From assembly GCA_963727975.1 (NCBI GenBank), contig CAVSIN010000018.1, forward strand, positions 11,084-75,083: a stretch of 64,000 nt of DNA. The letters run 5' to 3'. Position numbers and translations under genes: made by a program. This DNA comes from an uncultured delta proteobacterium. GTDB taxonomy: Bacteria; Desulfobacterota; Syntrophobacteria; Syntrophobacterales; Syntrophobacteraceae. Below, one piece after another: positions 9,829 to 20,506 of this stretch; the stretch's first letter is position 1, and each line of letters opens with the position of its first letter. The notes beneath the pieces are model-generated. The model was not told where the DNA came from. It searched no databases and saw only the letters and a list, made by a program, of their open reading frames with translations.

Positions 9829-11883
9829 ATGCTTCAACCCAAAGCCGGAAACCAAAACGGACCCGTCGGGCCCGATGTCGTCGAGAAGCCCGCCCGGTCA
9901 GGGACAACAGCGGCCCCAGCCGCTGAAGACTGCCTTGGACCGCCATCCGGGGGTTTGAGCGGCGAACCCGGCCGGCCGGCCGGCCTTGCGGACCGTATAT
10001 CCGCATTTCCGCACCTGCCCGGCATATATATGTTCACGGACGCTGACGGAGCTATCCTCTACATCGGAAAGGCCCGGGACCTAAGGAAACGGATCAGCGC
10101 CTATTTCCGGGGCCCGGGCGCGGTTGATGTCAAGACCGCGATCATGCTCTCCAAGGCGGCCGATGTCGAATACGCCGTCACATCATCCGAGAAGGAGGCC
10201 CTGCTCCTCGAGGCCAGCCTCATAAAAAAACACCGCCCGCGTTACAATGTCGTGCTTCGCGACGACAAAAACTACCTCTCGATCCGGATCGACTCTCGTG
10301 ACCCTTACCCCAGACTGGACATAGTCCGTAGGTTTCAAAAAGACGGAGCGACGTACTTCGGCCCTTATCCCTCGGCGCGAGCGGCCCGTGACACGCTCAA
10401 ATACCTGCAGCAGCTCTTTCCGCTCAGGCTTTGCAAGGGTAAAAAGCTCATCCCGCGCGAACGTCCCTGCCTCAACTTTTCGATTGGCCAATGTCTGGCC
10501 GCTTGCGCAGGCAAGGTTTCCCGTGAAGAATACATGAAGATGGTCGAGGAAGTGGTGCTCTTCCTTGAAGGAAAGACCGACATCCTTCAGAGACAGCTTC
10601 AAAAAAGGATGCAGGAAGCCGCCGAAGCGCTGCAATTCGAACTGGCGGCCTTTTACCGCGACCGGCTGCGAAACATCGCGGCGACAGTCGAAAAGCAGCA
10701 TGTCGTATCCGACCGTTTTCGGGACCAGGACGTGCTGGGCATCCACCAGGGGGAAGACCGGAGCGAACTGGTGATTCTTTTTATCCGGCAGGGAGCGCAT
10801 TCCGGCCAGAGAGCGATCGATCTCAAGGAGGCCCAGGGGGATCGGCGCGAGCTGATCTCGGCCTTCATTCAACAATACTACTATCAAGGCGCCTTCATCC
10901 CCGATGAAGTGCTCGTTCCAGTTTCGCTCGATTCCGAAACGGTTCTCTCAGAATGGCTATCGGAGAAGAAAGGAAAACGCGTGAGGGTCTGGGCGGCGAA
11001 AAGAGGCTCCAGAAAACATCTGCTGGATATGGCGCAAGCCAACGCCCGCGAGGGTTCCCTTAGCCGCAGCCGATGGCGCAAGCGGGATACGGCGCTAATA
11101 GACGGTCTTCAGCGCCTCCTCAAGTTGCCGAGAACGCCCGCCCGAATCGCCTGCGTGGACATCTCCAACATCCAGGGACAGCACGCTGTCGGGGCGCTTG
11201 TTGTTTTTGAACACGGCCGCCCGGATAAGAATTCCTACAGGCGCTACCGGATAAGGCTGAAGAGCGAACCCGACGATCCGGCGATGATGGCCGAAGTAAT
11301 AGACAGGCTTATTGAAAACGACCCGGAACTTTCCGCAGGTCTCGACCTGCTTCTTCTCGACGGCGGAAAGGGCCAGTTGAACAAGATCGTGCGGCTGCTT
11401 GAGCAACTCGGGACTTCCAAGCCGCTCCCGGTCGCCTCCATCGCCAAGGAGCGCGAATCAGACATCGGGGAGAAGGGAAAAGGGCTATATGAGAAGATTT
11501 ATCTGCCCGGCCGAAAAAATCCCCTTTTTCTGCACCGCAATCCGGACATTCTGCACCTGCTCCAGCGAATACGGGACGAGGCCCACCGGTTCGCCATATC
11601 GCACTACCAAAGCGTGCACAGGACCTCGCTTCTGACCTCGGCGCTCGACGGTATTCCGGGAATAGGCCCCGCCAGAAGACAGATGCTCCTACAGAGCTTC
11701 GGCAGCCTGGATGCAATCCAGGAGGCCCCGGCCTTCGAACTGCAAAGAGCAGGCCTCCCACGGAAGGTGGCGCAGGACCTCATGCGGGTTCTTTCCGAAA
11801 CTGAAAGCAGGGCGATCTTAGAGGAGCAGGAAGCTACCGGTGACTCACCGAATAGCGCGAAGACGCCGGGATCCGAAGTCTGA
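9829..11883 (+). CDS. uvrC: Excinuclease ABC subunit C (UvrC)
   Basis: Intact 684-aa ORF. GIY-YIG motif (PGIYMFTDADGAILYIGKARDLRKRISAYF), UVR domain, endonuclease domain and C-terminal (HhH)2 (GIPGIGPARRQMLLQSFGS). The low-complexity ~60-aa N-terminal extension suggests the true start may be later (e.g. TTG 9955). Confidence 0.9.
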   Translation: MLQPKAGNQNGPVGPDVVEKPARSGTTAAPAAEDCLGPPSGGLSGEPGRPAGLADRISAFPHLPGIYMFTDADGAILYIGKARDLRKRISAYFRGPGAVDVKTAIMLSKAADVEYAVTSSEKEALLLEASLIKKHRPRYNVVLRDDKNYLSIRIDSRDPYPRLDIVRRFQKDGATYFGPYPSARAARDTLKYLQQLFPLRLCKGKKLIPRERPCLNFSIGQCLAACAGKVSREEYMKMVEEVVLFLEGKTDILQRQLQKRMQEAAEALQFELAAFYRDRLRNIAATVEKQHVVSDRFRDQDVLGIHQGEDRSELVILFIRQGAHSGQRAIDLKEAQGDRRELISAFIQQYYYQGAFIPDEVLVPVSLDSETVLSEWLSEKKGKRVRVWAAKRGSRKHLLDMAQANAREGSLSRSRWRKRDTALIDGLQRLLKLPRTPARIACVDISNIQGQHAVGALVVFEHGRPDKNSYRRYRIRLKSEPDDPAMMAEVIDRLIENDPELSAGLDLLLLDGGKGQLNKIVRLLEQLGTSKPLPVASIAKERESDIGEKGKGLYEKIYLPGRKNPLFLHRNPDILHLLQRIRDEAHRFAISHYQSVHRTSLLTSALDGIPGIGPARRQMLLQSFGSLDAIQEAPAFELQRAGLPRKVAQDLMRVLSETESRAILEEQEATGDSPNSAKTPGSEV

Positions 11884-11889
11884 TCTGAT

Positions 11890-12507
11890 TCATTGATTCT
11901 TCAACGCGCTTTTGTAACGGAACTTCACAAAAAAGACCACTCCTGCAAGCAGGGCGGCTCCAACCACGATATCGATCTGGTGGGAATAGAGCTGAACGAG
12001 GTCCCATCTCTCGCGGAGGCACATCCCGCACACAAGGAGGAAAGAATTCCACAGGGTCGCACCGACAAGGGTCGCCACGAGGAAGGGAAGCAGCTTCATT
12101 TTACCTGTGCCTGCAGGAACTGAGACAAGATGTCTCACAACGGGTATGAACCGGCTGATGAAAAGAGTAAGGGTCCCCTTGCGGCGGCTGAAAAAATCCT
12201 CCGTCCGCTCAAGATCGTGCCGGTTGAGAAGCAGGTATCTGCCGACTTTGAGCACAAACGGCCTCCCTCCGTAGTAGCCCATCGCGTACGATATTGCGGA
12301 CCCCGCTACCGAACCGGTGCTGGTTGCAACAATTGCGGCCCAGAGGTCCCATTTGCCATCGGCAACCAGAAATCCGACAAAAGGCATCACCGCCTCGCTG
12401 GGAACCGGGGCGATCATGCTCTCAAGCGCCATCAGGAAAGTCGCGCCAAGATATCCTGCCCCCTGTAGACAAGATATTGCGAAATTCGACACCAGGTTAG
12501 TCAGCAT
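11890..12507 (-). CDS. DedA/SNARE-associated family membrane protein
   Basis: Intact 205-aa ORF with LESMIAPVPSEAVMPFVGFLVADGKW, RFIPVVRHLVSVPAG and multiple TM segments. Confidence 0.8.
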   Translation of the reverse strand: MLTNLVSNFAISCLQGAGYLGATFLMALESMIAPVPSEAVMPFVGFLVADGKWDLWAAIVATSTGSVAGSAISYAMGYYGGRPFVLKVGRYLLLNRHDLERTEDFFSRRKGTLTLFISRFIPVVRHLVSVPAGTGKMKLLPFLVATLVGATLWNSFLLVCGMCLRERWDLVQLYSHQIDIVVGAALLAGVVFFVKFRYKSALKNQ

Positions 12508-12517
12508 GCAATTCTTT

Positions 12518-12563
12518 CCTCGTATGACAGACTATGTACTACACTAATCAAATAAATGGCGCC
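12518..12563 (+). repeat. Intergenic repeat family, copy A (head only)
   Basis: CCTCGTATGACAGACTATGTACTACACTAATC... Its reverse complement supplies the GAGGA Shine-Dalgarno directly upstream of the DedA start at 12507. Confidence 0.65.
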
Positions 12564-12738
12564 TTTGCAAACAGACGCGGGCAGATCGGGTCCGGTATTC
12601 AGAACAGAATTCAGCGCAAATTACCAGAACATTCTTGCGAACCGACATTCAAGAATAGAATAAAAAAAATATCCGGTTTTATGTTAATTTGATATTTTCG
12701 CCCGACTGCAACAGTGCTGACAACCTCGGCGTTCAACC

Positions 12739-13023
12739 ATGAAAGAAGACGAAATAATCCGGTACCCCATCGAAGACTCGATCGACCTGCACACCTTCAG
12801 GCCAAACGAAGTGAAAGACCTTCTGAACGATTACCTGGAAGCGGCTAGCGAGAAGGGATTCGAGCAGGTTCGAATAATTCACGGAAAGGGCATAGGAGTC
12901 CTGCGCCGGACGGTCCATGCGGTCCTGAAGAGCCATCCCTTGGTGATTTCGTTCAGCGAGGCCGGCCCTGAGGCGGGCGGCTGGGGCGCAACGATTGCAG
13001 TGCTCATGAAGAGCGAAGAGTGA
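12739..13023 (+). CDS. Smr/MutS2-C domain protein
   Basis: Intact 94-aa ORF with IDLHTFRPNE...VRIIHGKGIGVLRRTVHAVL, typical of the Smr domain. Confidence 0.8.
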   Translation: MKEDEIIRYPIEDSIDLHTFRPNEVKDLLNDYLEAASEKGFEQVRIIHGKGIGVLRRTVHAVLKSHPLVISFSEAGPEAGGWGATIAVLMKSEE

Positions 13024-13049
13024 AGAGTGAAAACTTCACCCTTCCAACT

Positions 13050-14985
13050 TCACCATCTGACCTCACTCTTCCATCTTCCGTCATTAATGACTCGCCGGGC
13101 GCCTTTGTTATAGCTTCCGAGGAATTTGAAAAACTCGGTCTTCTCCATCAGCTCCGCCAGTATGTGCCTCCGGCTCTCTTCGGTCACGTCGGTTTCCAGG
13201 TCCACATAGAACAGGTACTCCCAGGGCCTGCTGTGGATCGGCCTCGACTCGAGTTTGACAATGTTTATATCGTTTAGCGCAAAAATCCGAAGCGTCTCGA
13301 ACAAAGCCCCCGGCTTGTCGCTTACCGAATAGATCAGGGAGGATTTATTCTTGAGGGCCTGGAAGAGATTCATTCCTGGATATGACCACAAATCGGGTGA
13401 AATTCCGGGGATTGGTCTCTATGCCCTCCTTGAGAATCGCCATCCCGGCAGACCTGATCTGCTCCTTCGCCGGCAATGGCGGCCTCTTTGGGATCGGAGC
13501 TCTCTTTTACCCTCCGAACGGCCGTGGCCGTATCTTTACATGCCACCAGGTCCCAGCCGGGATTTTTTTCCAGATATTCCCTGCACTGCTGAAAGACCTG
13601 AGGATGGGAGTAGATTCTTTCCAAACCTTCGATCGGACGCATTTGGCTGCCCCAGTAGATTATGTTTGATCCTCAGGGTCAACTCACCGACTATTTTGAG
13701 TTCATATTCGAGCAGCAGGTCATAGTTTTCATGAATGCTGCCCGTAAGGCTGTTTTCGACGGGAACGACGCCGAAGGCCGCCTGTTCGCTGTCCACCAGA
13801 TCGAAGACCTCTCTGAATGAGGAACTGTTGCGCAGGGGGACCTCATTGCCGAAAAACTGCATGCAGGCTTTGTGAGAAAAAGAACCGGGCACGCCGCTGT
13901 AGGCAACCGTTGCAGGCGCCCTGCCCTCGCCTCGGCGCGGTCTCATGATCGCGGCTTTGTCGAGGTAGGCGTAATCGAGCTGTTTTCCCACCACCGGAGC
14001 AATTACGTAAAGGTCTCTCATGAGCTGCTCGAACTGTTCCGGATAGAGGCTCTGGGGCCCGTCGGACAGCGCTTTGTCCGGTTCGGTGTGCACTTCTATT
14101 ATGAGACCGTCGGCACCCGCGGCTATGGATGCGCGGGCCATGGGACTGACTTTTTCCCTGATTCCCGTGGCATGGCTCGGGTCCACTATAATCGGCAGGT
14201 GGGTAAGCTTCTTTATGACGGGAACGGCGGTAAGGTCCAGAGTGTTTCGCGTGTAGCGCTCGAATGTGCGAATCCCGCGCTCGCACAGGATCACCTGGTC
14301 GTTTCCTTCCGAGAGAATGTATTCGGCGGACATGAGCCATTCCTCGATAGTCGCCGACAATCCCCGCTTCAAAAGCACCGGCTTGCCGATTCGGCCAACG
14401 GACTTGAGCAGTTCGAAATTTTGCATGTTTCGAGCCCCGACCTGAACAACATCGACGTATTTCATCATCAGGTCGGCCTGGCTCGGAGAGGTCATCTCCG
14501 TAACGATGCCAAGCCCGGTCTCTTCCCTTACCTCGCTCAGTATCTTCAGCCCCTCCTCTCCCAGACCCTGGAACGCATAGGGCGAGGTCCGCGGCTTGAA
14601 TGCCCCGCCCCGGAACAGCACCGCCCCGTGTTTGCGCACGATGCGCGCAATGTCCAGAGTTGTCTTCCTGTCTTCAACGCCGCATGGACCGGCGATCACT
14701 ACCAGGCGGTCCCCGCCTATGGCGACATCTCCGACTTTTATGATTGAATGCAGCGGGATGCAGTTCGCGACTCACCAGCTTGTAAGGCTTGGATATGGGA
14801 ACGGCCCTTTCCACGCCCGGCAACGATTCATAATATGCGCTTTCCCTGTACATCTTGCCGACAATTCCCAGGACTCGTTCTTCCACCCCTCCTATCTCCT
14901 TCACCATATGTCCCTCGGAACGAAGCAGGTCTTTGAGTTTTTCCACTTCTTCCTTTGTTATTCCTTTTACGAGTACGAGAATCAC
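13050..14985 (-). pseudogene. Fusion of class Ibeta DAHP synthase (with N-terminal ferredoxin-like regulatory domain) and prephenate dehydratase + ACT domain; 3 frameshifts as assembled
   Basis: GTG start after GGAGG. DAHPS block: [17 protein letters not shown]...[13 protein letters not shown]...VDPSHATG. It runs in one uninterrupted frame through the linker [23 protein letters not shown] into the PDT start [14 protein letters not shown]...[11 protein letters not shown]. Then come [14 protein letters not shown] and the ACT part SLIYSVSDKPGALFETLRIFALNDINIVKLESRP. Frame changes near 14690, 13600 and 13385. Confidence 0.8.
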
Positions 14986-15023
14986 GGCAAATCCTCCGAT
15001 CAGATTTTTGAGTTGACTGCAAT

Positions 15024-15054
15024 AAAAAAACCCCGAAGAAAACTCTCCTCGGGG
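15024..15054 (-). terminator. Rho-independent terminator for leftward transcription
   Basis: On the minus strand, the stem CCCCGAGG/CCTCGGGG-like pair (15031-15038 with 15047-15054, 7 of 8 bp) is followed by T7 (A-run 15024-15030 on +). Confidence 0.6.
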
Positions 15055-15305
15055 TCTTATGACTCAGGCGCCCCGGGGAGAGGTTCCTGCTCCGCCCCGG
15101 GGCCTTTTCTATAAGCTAATATCCCGGGTGGACGCTCCTGAAGAAGAAAAAAAAGAAGCCCGAAAAGGACAAAAAAACACGTCCATCCGAGTCTGCGCCA
15201 GCCCGGAAGGAAAAAACAAATATCGAGAAACAGGCATTTATTCATAATGAACCATTTTTGAAGTCGCCGGCAAGCATAGAGAATCCGCCGGACTTTGTCA
15301 ATCCC

Positions 15306-15525
15306 ACTCGTATGACAGACCATATACTACACCATAGAAATAATATACCACTCTCTCGCCAGACATCACGGCATGATATGCGAGCATATTCAGATGCCGT
15401 GGCTGCGCAGGCCAAGCCATTCGGCGGGACCTGTGGCGGCAGAGCCGCCCATCGGGACATGAAGCAAAATCGGCGTGTAGGCTTCGCGTAGCACGGGAGG
15501 GGTCGTTCGCGGGGGGCCTTCCCCG
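15306..15525 (+). repeat. Intergenic repeat family, copy B (head 15306-15349, GC-rich tail to about 15525)
   Basis: Head ACTCGTATGACAGACCATATACTACACC. The tail shares collinear blocks with copy D (GCGCAGGCC; TCGCGTAGCACG; CGCGGGGGGCCTTCC). Confidence 0.6.
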
Positions 15526-15533
15526 CGCTTTCA

Positions 15534-16238
15534 TCAGGACAACAGCCGGCGCCTTTCCACTAGCCTGTACATATAATTGGAGTAAGCAGGGACGCCGAAA
15601 ACTATGCATGAGAGTTCTTGCCTATCGTTTAGAAAAACATCGACAGCCTTCCTGACTTCCTGTTCGCCGTCATGGCCCAAAAAAATCCCCCCTGTCTTCA
15701 GTTTCGGATACCAGGCTTGAAGATCTGCGAGACATCCCTTGAACTTGTGATCCCCATCGATGAGAATCATGTCAAAACTCCGATCCTCAAAATCAACGGA
15801 CGCAGCGACGCTGTCTTTCCTGACCGGCACAAAAAATGGCGTCAGCCCGGATTCGAAAATATTCTCCTCAAAAATATCAAATAAAAGCTTTTCTTTTATC
15901 ACATCCATCGATTGGTGTTCGCTGGAGCCTTCCCAGGTATCCACACAAAATATCCTGGCGCCGTATTTCCCACTGTCGTAAAGAGCCCTTGCCATAATCA
16001 GGGCTGAGAGGCCCATGAAACTGCCTATCTCAACGATTTTCGCATTTAGAGGCATTTGTAAAGCGAAGTGGGTCAGTATTTCGATATCTCCAGGCAGGAG
16101 ATATCCCTTAACGCCGTTAATTTCCAACAGACCATCCACGACCCTGCATGTTAGAGGATCGGTCCATTTCCGACTGACATCCATTGTTGAGCCCTCATGC
16201 CGTCCGATCTGTTTGTGACAATAGCCGGATCGGGACAT
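15534..16238 (-). CDS. Class I SAM-dependent O-methyltransferase-like protein (Methyltransf_24-like)
   Basis: Intact ORF with IVEIGSFMGLSALIMA, ILIDGDHKFKGCLADL and GGIFLGHD. An alternative start exists at 16184 (MDVSRKW). Confidence 0.7.
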   Translation of the reverse strand: MSRSGYCHKQIGRHEGSTMDVSRKWTDPLTCRVVDGLLEINGVKGYLLPGDIEILTHFALQMPLNAKIVEIGSFMGLSALIMARALYDSGKYGARIFCVDTWEGSSEHQSMDVIKEKLLFDIFEENIFESGLTPFFVPVRKDSVAASVDFEDRSFDMILIDGDHKFKGCLADLQAWYPKLKTGGIFLGHDGEQEVRKAVDVFLNDRQELSCIVFGVPAYSNYMYRLVERRRLLS

Positions 16239-16348
16239 GGCAGAACCGTTTTTGGCTGCTTACCGCGAAGCGTGAATTACCCGCCGAATATCTAACAATA
16301 GCTCCATCGTAATTGAATTAACAAGTATAAAGGAGGAGGGGAATCCCT

Positions 16349-17699
16349 TTAATGAGTGAGCGCTTCGATCATCTCCCTGGGGCGCTCCATGTCCACTCTT
16401 CGGCCAATTTCCATGCCGGAGCTTATCTTCACGAACGTCGGCGCAGCTCTGACTTTCTCGTGTTCATTGAGCCAGGTCATGACTCCGGGATTCTTCTCCC
16501 ACTCGATGGTGATGAAGTTCATTGAGGGAAAGCGTTTCTGCGCTTCAAAAAAGTGAGGTCGGGCGGCTTTGCAGTCGCCGCATCCTTCGATCCTCACCAT
16601 GAGAAGCGTGTCACCGGTTCGCGTGAGTACTTCTCTAAAGAATTGCTCATCTGTCACGTCAGGATATGTGAATTCTTCCTCTTCTTTTTGTCTTGTCAGG
16701 ATTTTTTCCTTGAAACCCGGACTTCCTTCCGCACATTCCTCACACGGACTTGCTGAAGGCAGTGATTCAATGTATCCGATGGCGCTCAGCGCTGCTGTTA
16801 TCCCTTGTCCGGTAGCAATGCCGATCTGCTTGAACGGAACGTTGGTTACGTCTCCGATTGCCCACACACCCTGGGCGGATGTTTCACCGAGCACTCCCAC
16901 CGTAATTTCGCCAAGTTTATTGGTTTCAACAAGGCGGTGAACGGCTCTGAATTGACCGTGGCGCCAATGCTCGGGAATACGCCGTCAACGTCTTCCACCC
17001 ATTGCCTGCCGGTGTTCAGGTCCCTGAGTTTGATTCCTGTCACCTGTCGCGCTGCCGATGATTTCGAGTACTTCTGTGTTTCTGATGATCTTTCACATTG
17101 GGAAGCTTCGTAATTCGCTCTCTGAGATCGGGATTGCCTGTAAAATCATCGGTGACTATTACCGCGATCACTTCTCTGGCGTACTTGGTGAGCGTAAGGA
17201 TATTCTCCAGGGCCGTATTGCCGCCGCCAACGACTGCAACCCTATCGTCTTTGAAGAACGGAGCATCGCATGTTCCGCAAAAAGCGATACCCTTGCCTTG
17301 CAGCTCTTTTGCGCCCGGGACCGGGGAGATTCTTGCGCGTCGCGCCTGTTGCAATGATAATCGCCCGTGGTGAAAAACACCATGTCCCCATCAGTTGTCT
17401 GCGCCGTAAGCTTGTACATTTTCCCCGCCGCTTCGGCAACGGAGACGATGGAACCCTTTACCACGGAGAGGTATTCAGGGAATTTTCTTTGAAGGTTTTC
17501 AAAGAATGCGACCATGCCTTCCTGGAAGGTTTTGCCCGATACGGCTGGAACAAACGGCCAATTAGTGATCTCGGGAGTATCGTTTATTTGACCTCCAACT
17601 TCGGGACCGACGGCAATCACATTAAGATGGGCTTCGAGCAAATACACCAGTGCGGACAATCCTGCCGGTCCCACTCCGACTGACGGCAACGTCGTACAT
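16349..17699 (-). pseudogene. Thioredoxin-disulfide-reductase-like flavoprotein fused to a C-terminal thioredoxin-fold domain; at least 4 frameshifts as assembled
   Basis: MYDVAV.. then GVGPAGLSALVYL (FAD motif), redox CxxC GIAFCGTCDAPFF, NAD motif VAVVGGGNTALE and GVWAIGDVT. The C-terminal ~110 aa carries EGCGDCKAARPHF and APTFVKI. Confidence 0.75.
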
Positions 17700-17716
17700 T
17701 TTATTCTTTGTCATTT

Positions 17717-17959
17717 TCACAGGGCCTCGATTGACAGTCCGGGGACCTCACCATCGATGATCTTACGCGCGTATATGATGCCTTCCATATCCGCCATCTC
17801 TTTGCTCGAAAAGGTGTTCTCGGAAGAGAAAGTTTTTTCTCGCGGTTCGCCGCCTGCGCCCCCGGGAAGGGAAATGGCGACCTCCAGTGTCCACCGGTTT
17901 CTTTCGACAAGCTGAATGGATTTTGACCTGAGCACATAACCCCTGTAAACAAATCCCAT
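17717..17959 (-). CDS. Small hypothetical protein (80 aa), probably co-transcribed with the TrxR-Trx gene
   Basis: Intact ORF. SD-like CATACGAGGAA lies 6 nt upstream of the ATG. No recognisable motif. Confidence 0.45.
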   Translation of the reverse strand: MGFVYRGYVLRSKSIQLVERNRWTLEVAISLPGGAGGEPREKTFSSENTFSSKEMADMEGIIYARKIIDGEVPGLSIEAL

Positions 17960-18056
17960 TATAGATTCCTCGTATGATTGAATTTACTCCCGACGGCCTT
18001 CTTCGGCGTGACCCGCGATCAAGCATCTGCGTACGAGAACATTAATAATTCCGACT

Positions 18057-18591
18057 TCAGACGCTATGCTTCAAGAACGTCTTCATATTCAGGTCAAATA
18101 TCCCGCCGTTTTCTTCTGATGATCGATTATGTATCGAATCTTGGACTCGATCAGCGGGCCGTGTCCCATTGACGCCTGCTCGTCTAAAGCAAAATCGCGG
18201 CTGGTGGAGCTGTGAATCGAAAGAAGCCCCAGCCCGGCGGCCAACGCCTCGCTAACCCATGAAACCCAGGAATCGAGTGCATCCGGGCTTCCCTCGAGCA
18301 GGCGCCTGAGCGTAACGTCTCGTTTCGATCCCGGCCATCGCCCGGTCCATGTTTATTTCGGAAACCAGCGCTTCGTCCAGTCTCGGACGCCTCACAAGCA
18401 CCGACTCGACGATTACCTCCAGATAGATCGAAAAGGGGTCCGCGGCCGGCGATACCAGGATTGCAGACCGCACACCGGCCTGAGTCGTGCGCAATTTTAC
18501 CGTTCTCGGCGAAAAGGTTCTGCCGGGCTATTTCCTTGAAATGGAAAATGGTGTAGAGGAGCGGATCGCTTAGGCTTGTGTTGCTGCTCAA
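18057..18591 (-). pseudogene. Hypothetical protein (about 175 aa) broken by about 2 frameshifts; function unknown
   Basis: Three consecutive frame pieces read plausibly: SSNTSLSDPLLYTIFHFKEIARQNLFAENGKI / ILVSPAADPFSIYLEVIVESVLVRRPRLDEALVSEI / GSPDALDSWVSWVSEALAAGLGLLSIHSS...KIRYIIDHQKK. No family recognised. Confidence 0.3.
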
Positions 18592-18730
18592 AATCAGGAC
18601 ATCCCTTTTTAGCAGGTGAATTTTCTTTCTACCATGGATGGAAGTTCAAGATCAATAAATCCATGCATCGGTTCATGCGCGCCGGCCGCAGCGAATCCCC
18701 CCCAAAAACGGTTGACCACCCTACATTTTT

Positions 18731-18745
18731 GTGAGATTGCCTCAC
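18731..18745. promoter_or_regulatory. Palindrome GTGAG-N5-CTCAC about 100 nt upstream of the nifH sigma-54 promoter; candidate activator site
   Basis: Perfect 5-bp arms flanked by T-runs (tttttGTGAGattgcCTCACcttttt). The distance to the -24/-12 element is typical for an enhancer-binding-protein UAS. Confidence 0.35.
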
Positions 18746-18823
18746 CTTTTTGTCTGGTTCCGACTTGCCGCAAGCCATGCATTCTACAGGTTCTCGATTA
18801 ATTAATCTAACTATAACAGCTAG

Positions 18824-19727
<904 letters not shown>

Positions 19728-19758
19728 GAGTTGCTCAAAGAGCAAGGAGAGATTCGCC

Positions 19759-20116
19759 ATGATAATGATCAGATCGATTGTGAGGCCGGAAAAGGTGGAC
19801 AATGTTCTTGCCGCGCTCATGGAAGCAGGATTTCCGGCAGTGACCAAAGATGTCGGTTGTGGGCCGCGGCAAACAGCGCGGCATAAAAATCGGAGAGATC
19901 ACCTACGACGAAATCCCCAAGGAACTGCTGCTCACCGTCGTGCAGGACCAGGACAAGGACTACGTGATCAAAACCGTCATCGAGGCCGCCAGGACCGGCG
20001 TCAAGGGCGCCTACGGGGACGGCAAGATTTTCGTCTCCCCGGTGCACGAGGTTTACACGATCAGTTCCGGAATCAGGGAAATGTCTTCAGGCGAGATTGA
20101 AGAGGTAAAGATATGA
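19759..20116 (+). pseudogene. nifI1: P-II family nitrogenase regulator NifI1; one frameshift near 19848
   Basis: MIMIRSIVRPEKVDNVLAALMEAGFPAVTK / VVGRGKQRGIK...GDGKIFVSPV. RBS AAGGAGAG. The stop overlaps the nifI2 ATG (ATGA at 20113-20116). Confidence 0.85.
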
Positions 20117-20493
20117 AAGAGGTCATGGCCATTGTCCGCATGAACATGATGAACAAGACGAAGAAGGCCCTTTCGGAGGCCGGAATCTCCTCTATGACCG
20201 CCAGGGACGCGCTGGGCAGGGGAAAGGGCCTGGTCGATTACTCCCTGCTGGAAGGGGCCGAGAAAGGGTACGAGGAAGCCATAGCCCAGCTCGGTCACTC
20301 TCAGCGCCTGATCCCGAAAAGGCTCATATTCATCGTCGTGCCCGACAACCTGGTCGATACAACGGTCAAGACAATAATCAAGGTCAACCGCACAGGAAAA
20401 TCGGGGGACGGCAAGATTTTCGTGATCCCGGTTCTGGACTCCGTAAGCGTCAGGACCGGAGAGTGCGGCGAGACCGTTCTCGACGAGATTTGA
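20113..20493 (+). CDS. nifI2: P-II family nitrogenase regulator NifI2
   Basis: Intact 126-aa ORF with MAIVRMNMMNKTKKAL, an extended T-loop region and GDGKIFVIPV. Confidence 0.85.
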   Translation: MKEVMAIVRMNMMNKTKKALSEAGISSMTARDALGRGKGLVDYSLLEGAEKGYEEAIAQLGHSQRLIPKRLIFIVVPDNLVDTTVKTIIKVNRTGKSGDGKIFVIPVLDSVSVRTGECGETVLDEI

Positions 20494-20506
20494 CAGCGCG
20501 CCCAGA

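Noticed and set aside
12600-12660. Three GAAC-N4-xTTC-like motifs and an ATTCTTG/CAAGAAT inverted repeat in the DedA/Smr divergent region, considered as LexA (Cheo-type) boxes near uvrC.
   Set aside because: None matches GAAC-N4-GTTC exactly, the LexA motif for this lineage is unknown to me, and the motifs are not upstream of uvrC.
15057-15323. An 88-aa ORF whose ATG lies inside the head of repeat copy B.
   Set aside because: The start codon is part of the repeat consensus (tATGGTCTGTCAT), so it is probably fortuitous. A shorter hydrophobic 62-aa version from ATG 15245 lacks an RBS and cannot be supported.
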